Source of the DNA: an uncultured Planctomycetia bacterium
GTDB lineage: Bacteria > Omnitrophota > Gorgyraeia > Tantalellales > Tantalellaceae
Length of the DNA stretch: 57,723 nt
NCBI GenBank assembly: GCA_964565425.1
Contig: CAZMEZ010000001.1
Location: forward strand, 1-57,723
Direction: 5' to 3'
Shown: positions 55,516 to 57,723 of the stretch, piece after piece
Numbering within the stretch: position 1 is the first letter of the stretch
Layout of the letters: every line of letters begins with the position of its first letter
The notes under the pieces: generated by a model
The model's input: the letters and a program-made list of their open reading frames with translations, nothing else
The model's database searches: none
Told to the model about the DNA's origin: nothing
Program-made: the position numbers and the translations under genes

Positions 55516-55593
55516 TGGTCGGGGCGCTGGGATTCGAACCCAGGACCTCCACGTCCCGAACGTGGCGCGCTAGCCAAACTGCGCTACGCCCCG
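55516..55593 (-). tRNA. tRNA-Pro (anticodon CGG), CCA encoded
   Basis: The reverse complement reads CGGGGCG-TA-GCGC-AGTTTGGCTA-GCGC-G-CCACG-TTCGGGA-CGTGG-AGGTC-CTGGG-TTCGAAT-CCCAG-CGCCCCG-ACCA. Confidence 0.9.
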
Positions 55594-55630
55594 ACATTAT
55601 GTCAACTAGACTATCGGCGATATTGACGTT

Positions 55631-55659
55631 ATGTTATCATCATAATTATATACCGTCAA
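55631..55659 (-). promoter_or_regulatory. Candidate promoter for tRNA-Pro
   Basis: On the minus strand: TTGACG (55654-55659), 17-nt spacer, TAACAT (55631-55636). Confidence 0.35.
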
Positions 55660-55688
55660 CCCAAATGCAGAGGATTTTACCGCGCCGA

Positions 55689-56039
55689 TCAATACGTGAT
55701 GTCTTTGGATCTCTTTTCCAGAAAAAATTCAGGATCCGTAAGGATCGGACCGTAATTTTCCGGGATCGGTATCGGGAAGGTCGCTATTTCAAAGACCCCT
55801 ACTACTATCCTTTTCACAACGTTGACCGTCCCCATAAAAACGCCCCAGGTGCATCCCGCGAAAATACCGCCTCCCTCTTTTGCGTCACCCATGCCCTGGA
55901 TAAGAGCGCACGGTGAGGTCACGACGTTCGCCACTCCCCTGCCCAGTTTTTTGACCGGACCGGAGGTAATGTCATCGGCAATAGCCGTTACGGCCGAGAA
56001 TAACATGATGATAATGAATGTTGCGACGATCTTTCTCAT
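55689..56039 (-). CDS. Small secreted protein resembling the exosortase-system-associated TIGR04073 family
   Basis: 116 aa with a signal peptide, then KKLGRGVANVVTSP...GVFEIATFPIPIP...PEFF, which matches my recollection of that family. Confidence 0.5.
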   Translation of the reverse strand: MRKIVATFIIIMLFSAVTAIADDITSGPVKKLGRGVANVVTSPCALIQGMGDAKEGGGIFAGCTWGVFMGTVNVVKRIVVGVFEIATFPIPIPENYGPILTDPEFFLEKRSKDITY

Positions 56040-56054
56040 TCTCCCCCCTTTGTT

Positions 56055-56143
56055 CCAGGTTCCAGGTGATAGGTATCAGGTTCTAGGTTATAATTAGGCG
56101 TTCAGACAACCTGACACCTAAAACCTAACACCTAGTAACCTGG
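56055..56143. repeat. Inverted pair of heptamer arrays, (NNAGGTN) x5 facing (NACCTNN) x5
   Basis: ccaggtt ccaggtg ataggta tcaggtt ctaggtt (56055-56089), a 19-nt spacer, then aacctga cacctaa aacctaa cacctag taacctgg (56109-56143). This is an imperfect long hairpin directly after the ribE stop. Confidence 0.85.
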
Positions 56144-56767
56144 TTACATGAAACCCTTCTCTCTCAACATATCTTCAGTAATCGAGCTGCTCTTTCCTTT
56201 TTCAGCGTATTTCGCGATAACATCAAACTCCAAGTTAACATAATCTCCCGTTCTTTTCAATTTTAATGTTGTATTATCGAGAGTATGCGGTATCAAAAAT
56301 ACGCGAAGGAAGTCCCGCGATATTTCCCCTACCGTCAGGCTCACTCCGTCGATCGCGACAGAACCTCTCGGGACGATATGCCGCTCATCTCCCGACAAAA
56401 GCCCTACTTCAAGGGTCCATCCCCCGCGGCTCTTCCTGTTACCCCGCACCGGCCTTTCACAATCAACATGGCCCGAAACCATGTGCCCGCTCATACCGTC
56501 TCCTACCTTGAGCGAACTTTCCAGATTTACCGCATCCCCTGTTTTTAATCTTTTGAGGCTGGTTTTATTGAAGGTGTTTTTTACCACATCAAAGGACAGG
56601 GTCTCGCCTTTTTTAACGACACTGAGGCATACGCCGTTCACGGCGACACTGTCGCCGATGCCGATGCCTTCGGCCGTCTTGCGGCACCCTACTTCAAGAA
56701 CGGCGGGATCGCCTTTCCTTGAGATCCTTTTTACCCTGCCTATTTCCGTTATTATGCCTGTGAACAT
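56144..56767 (-). CDS. ribE: Riboflavin synthase (alpha chain)
   Basis: MFTGIITEIGRV...GDSVAVNGVCLSV...GSVAIDGVSLTV. ATG at 56767. Confidence 0.9.
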   Translation of the reverse strand: MFTGIITEIGRVKRISRKGDPAVLEVGCRKTAEGIGIGDSVAVNGVCLSVVKKGETLSFDVVKNTFNKTSLKRLKTGDAVNLESSLKVGDGMSGHMVSGHVDCERPVRGNRKSRGGWTLEVGLLSGDERHIVPRGSVAIDGVSLTVGEISRDFLRVFLIPHTLDNTTLKLKRTGDYVNLEFDVIAKYAEKGKSSSITEDMLREKGFM

Positions 56768-56815
56768 GTTGTTTCGCCCCCGCATTCAGATATCAGCGGG
56801 TGTATTGCGTGATTT

Positions 56816-56934
56816 GATTACGGAGATCAATAAAGATTGCGAAGATTAAATCTTTGTAATCTAAAACCATTGCCTATATTACAAATCTTCGTAATCAACG
56901 GCTCCCTTTAGCCTCTAGCCTCGCGCCTTTAGCC
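56816..56934 (+). repeat. About 120-bp nested-palindrome element, copy 2
   Basis: GATTACGGAGAT (56816-56827) and AGATTGCGAAGAT (56834-56846) are mirrored by ATCTTTGTAATCT (56850-56862) and ATCTTCGTAATC (56885-56896). The tail is AACGGCTCCCTTTAGCCTCTAGCCTC. It overlaps the ribD stop codon and the last roughly 13 codons. Confidence 0.85.
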
Positions 56935-57723
56935 TTCACCACCCGTCCCCGTACAAATATATCCTCTCCCGACCTTTTTATTTGCAACTCTCTCAGGTCC
57001 AGCGCTTTCGCGATATTAGGAGCGCCCTTTCCTTTTATCGAAGAACATCCTCCGCCGATTATCTTAGGTGATATAAAGAACATCACTTCATCGACAAGGC
57101 CGTCATCTATCAGGCTGCCGACCAGTTCGCCGCCCCCTTCCACAAGTATATTGACCATTCCGTCCCGCGCAAGCGCGGAGAGAAGAGACTTCATCGATAC
57201 CCTTTTATTTTTGCTCTTTACCTTTAGCACCCGCACCCCTTTGATCTTACTGAACTTTTTTATCTTTTCCCCGGGCGCGAGTCCGGTCACCCCTATTATT
57301 ACAGGGGCCTTACGGGCGGTATTGATTATATTCGAGATAAAAGGCGTTCTAAGGCGGGTATCCGCTACAACGCGCGAAACAGCGTACCCTTTTCTTTTTT
57401 CATCGAGGAGAAAAGGATCATCTTTTATTACCGTCCCCGAACCAACGAGTATAGCGTCGTATCCGGCGCGCATCTTTTTAACCAGCTTTCGCGACACTGC
57501 GGAAGATATCCATTTAGACGAACCGTCCCTGGCGGCTATCTTACCGTCCATGGACTGGGCCAGCTTCACGGTCACATAAGGAAGACCTTCGGTGACGAAC
57601 TTGATGTACTTGCGGTTAAGGAGCCGCGCCTTTTCTTCAAGAAGTCCGACATATACCGATATTCCCGCGTTTCTGAGCCTTTTCGCGCCACGGCCGCTAT
57701 TCAGGGGATTCGGGTCCTTCATT
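56895..57723 (-). CDS. ribD: Riboflavin biosynthesis protein RibD (deaminase/reductase), C-terminal part; the 5' end lies beyond the window
   Basis: NPLNSGRGAKRLRNAGI is the end of the deaminase domain. The reductase domain follows: PYVTVKLAQSMDGKIA...ILVGSGTV..DDP...VEGGGEL. Confidence 0.85.
   Translation of the reverse strand, partial: MKDPNPLNSGRGAKRLRNAGISVYVGLLEEKARLLNRKYIKFVTEGLPYVTVKLAQSMDGKIAARDGSSKWISSAVSRKLVKKMRAGYDAILVGSGTVIKDDPFLLDEKRKGYAVSRVVADTRLRTPFISNIINTARKAPVIIGVTGLAPGEKIKKFSKIKGVRVLKVKSKNKRVSMKSLLSALARDGMVNILVEGGGELVGSLIDDGLVDEVMFFISPKIIGGGCSSIKGKGAPNIAKALDLRELQIKRSGEDIFVRGRVVKAKGARLEAKGSR

Noticed and set aside
55046-55916. Plus-strand ORFs of 135 and 261 aa that repeat the peptide WSGRWDLTS...EARMVGALG
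   Set aside because: They run across the 175-bp tandem repeats, whose period is not a multiple of 3 so the frame changes between copies. They also pass through tRNA-Pro and run antisense to the TIGR04073-like gene. They are artefacts of the repeats.
1945-56143. Possibility that the short repeat arrays or the 175/252-bp tandem repeats are CRISPR arrays
   Set aside because: There are no 25-40 bp direct repeats separated by unique spacers of similar length. The units are 7 nt and contiguous, or are simple two-copy tandem duplications. No cas genes are present.

Overview
This is a 57.7-kb, gene-dense bacterial chromosomal segment with about 62 protein genes and 4 tRNAs. All genes except tRNA-Met and one three-gene regulator cluster lie on the minus strand, and many neighbours are joined by 4-nt ATGA start/stop overlaps.

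Most content is housekeeping:
- PPi-type phosphofructokinase, Dtd, RidA
- a dnaG-rpoD block, then MtaB, RsmE and a MEMO-AMMECR1 fusion
- an ExbB-ExbD-TonB-like cluster with a large TPR protein, then UvrA
- a long co-directional string: DHH-CBS-CCA enzyme, DUF503, rbfA, nrnA-like, truB, ribF, rpsO, pnp, dut, uppP, ftsK, rodZ, rimO, pgsA, pgpA
- xerD, small hydrolases, tRNA-Pro, and ribD-ribE

The accessory-looking part is 25.2-36.0 kb. Two paralogous 7TM histidine kinase modules converge on an HD-GYP gene. One of them is translationally coupled to a visibly AT-richer aldehyde dehydrogenase / GMC oxidoreductase pair and an excisionase-type HTH gene.

I found no CRISPR array, transposase, prophage or recognisable defence system.

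The most unusual signal is at nucleotide level. Many of the longer intergenic spacers examined, at least 18 loci, are built from short blocks of degenerate 7-nt repeats whose unit sequence changes every few copies. These blocks are often arranged as inverted arrays that form long hairpins. In places they run into coding sequence, including an in-frame block inside a histidine kinase gene.

Other notable items:
- a roughly 120-bp nested-palindrome element present twice
- two 175-bp tandem repeats, each seeded by the 3' end of tRNA-Pro
- a 252-bp tandem duplication of the 5' end of an XRE-cupin regulator
- a self-contained 33-codon ORF encoding an almost pure lysine/alanine peptide, which resembles the basic N-terminal tail of RpoD

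All calls come from reading the sequence and the ORF track. No searches or computations were run, and GC differences were judged by hand counts of a few 60-nt samples.
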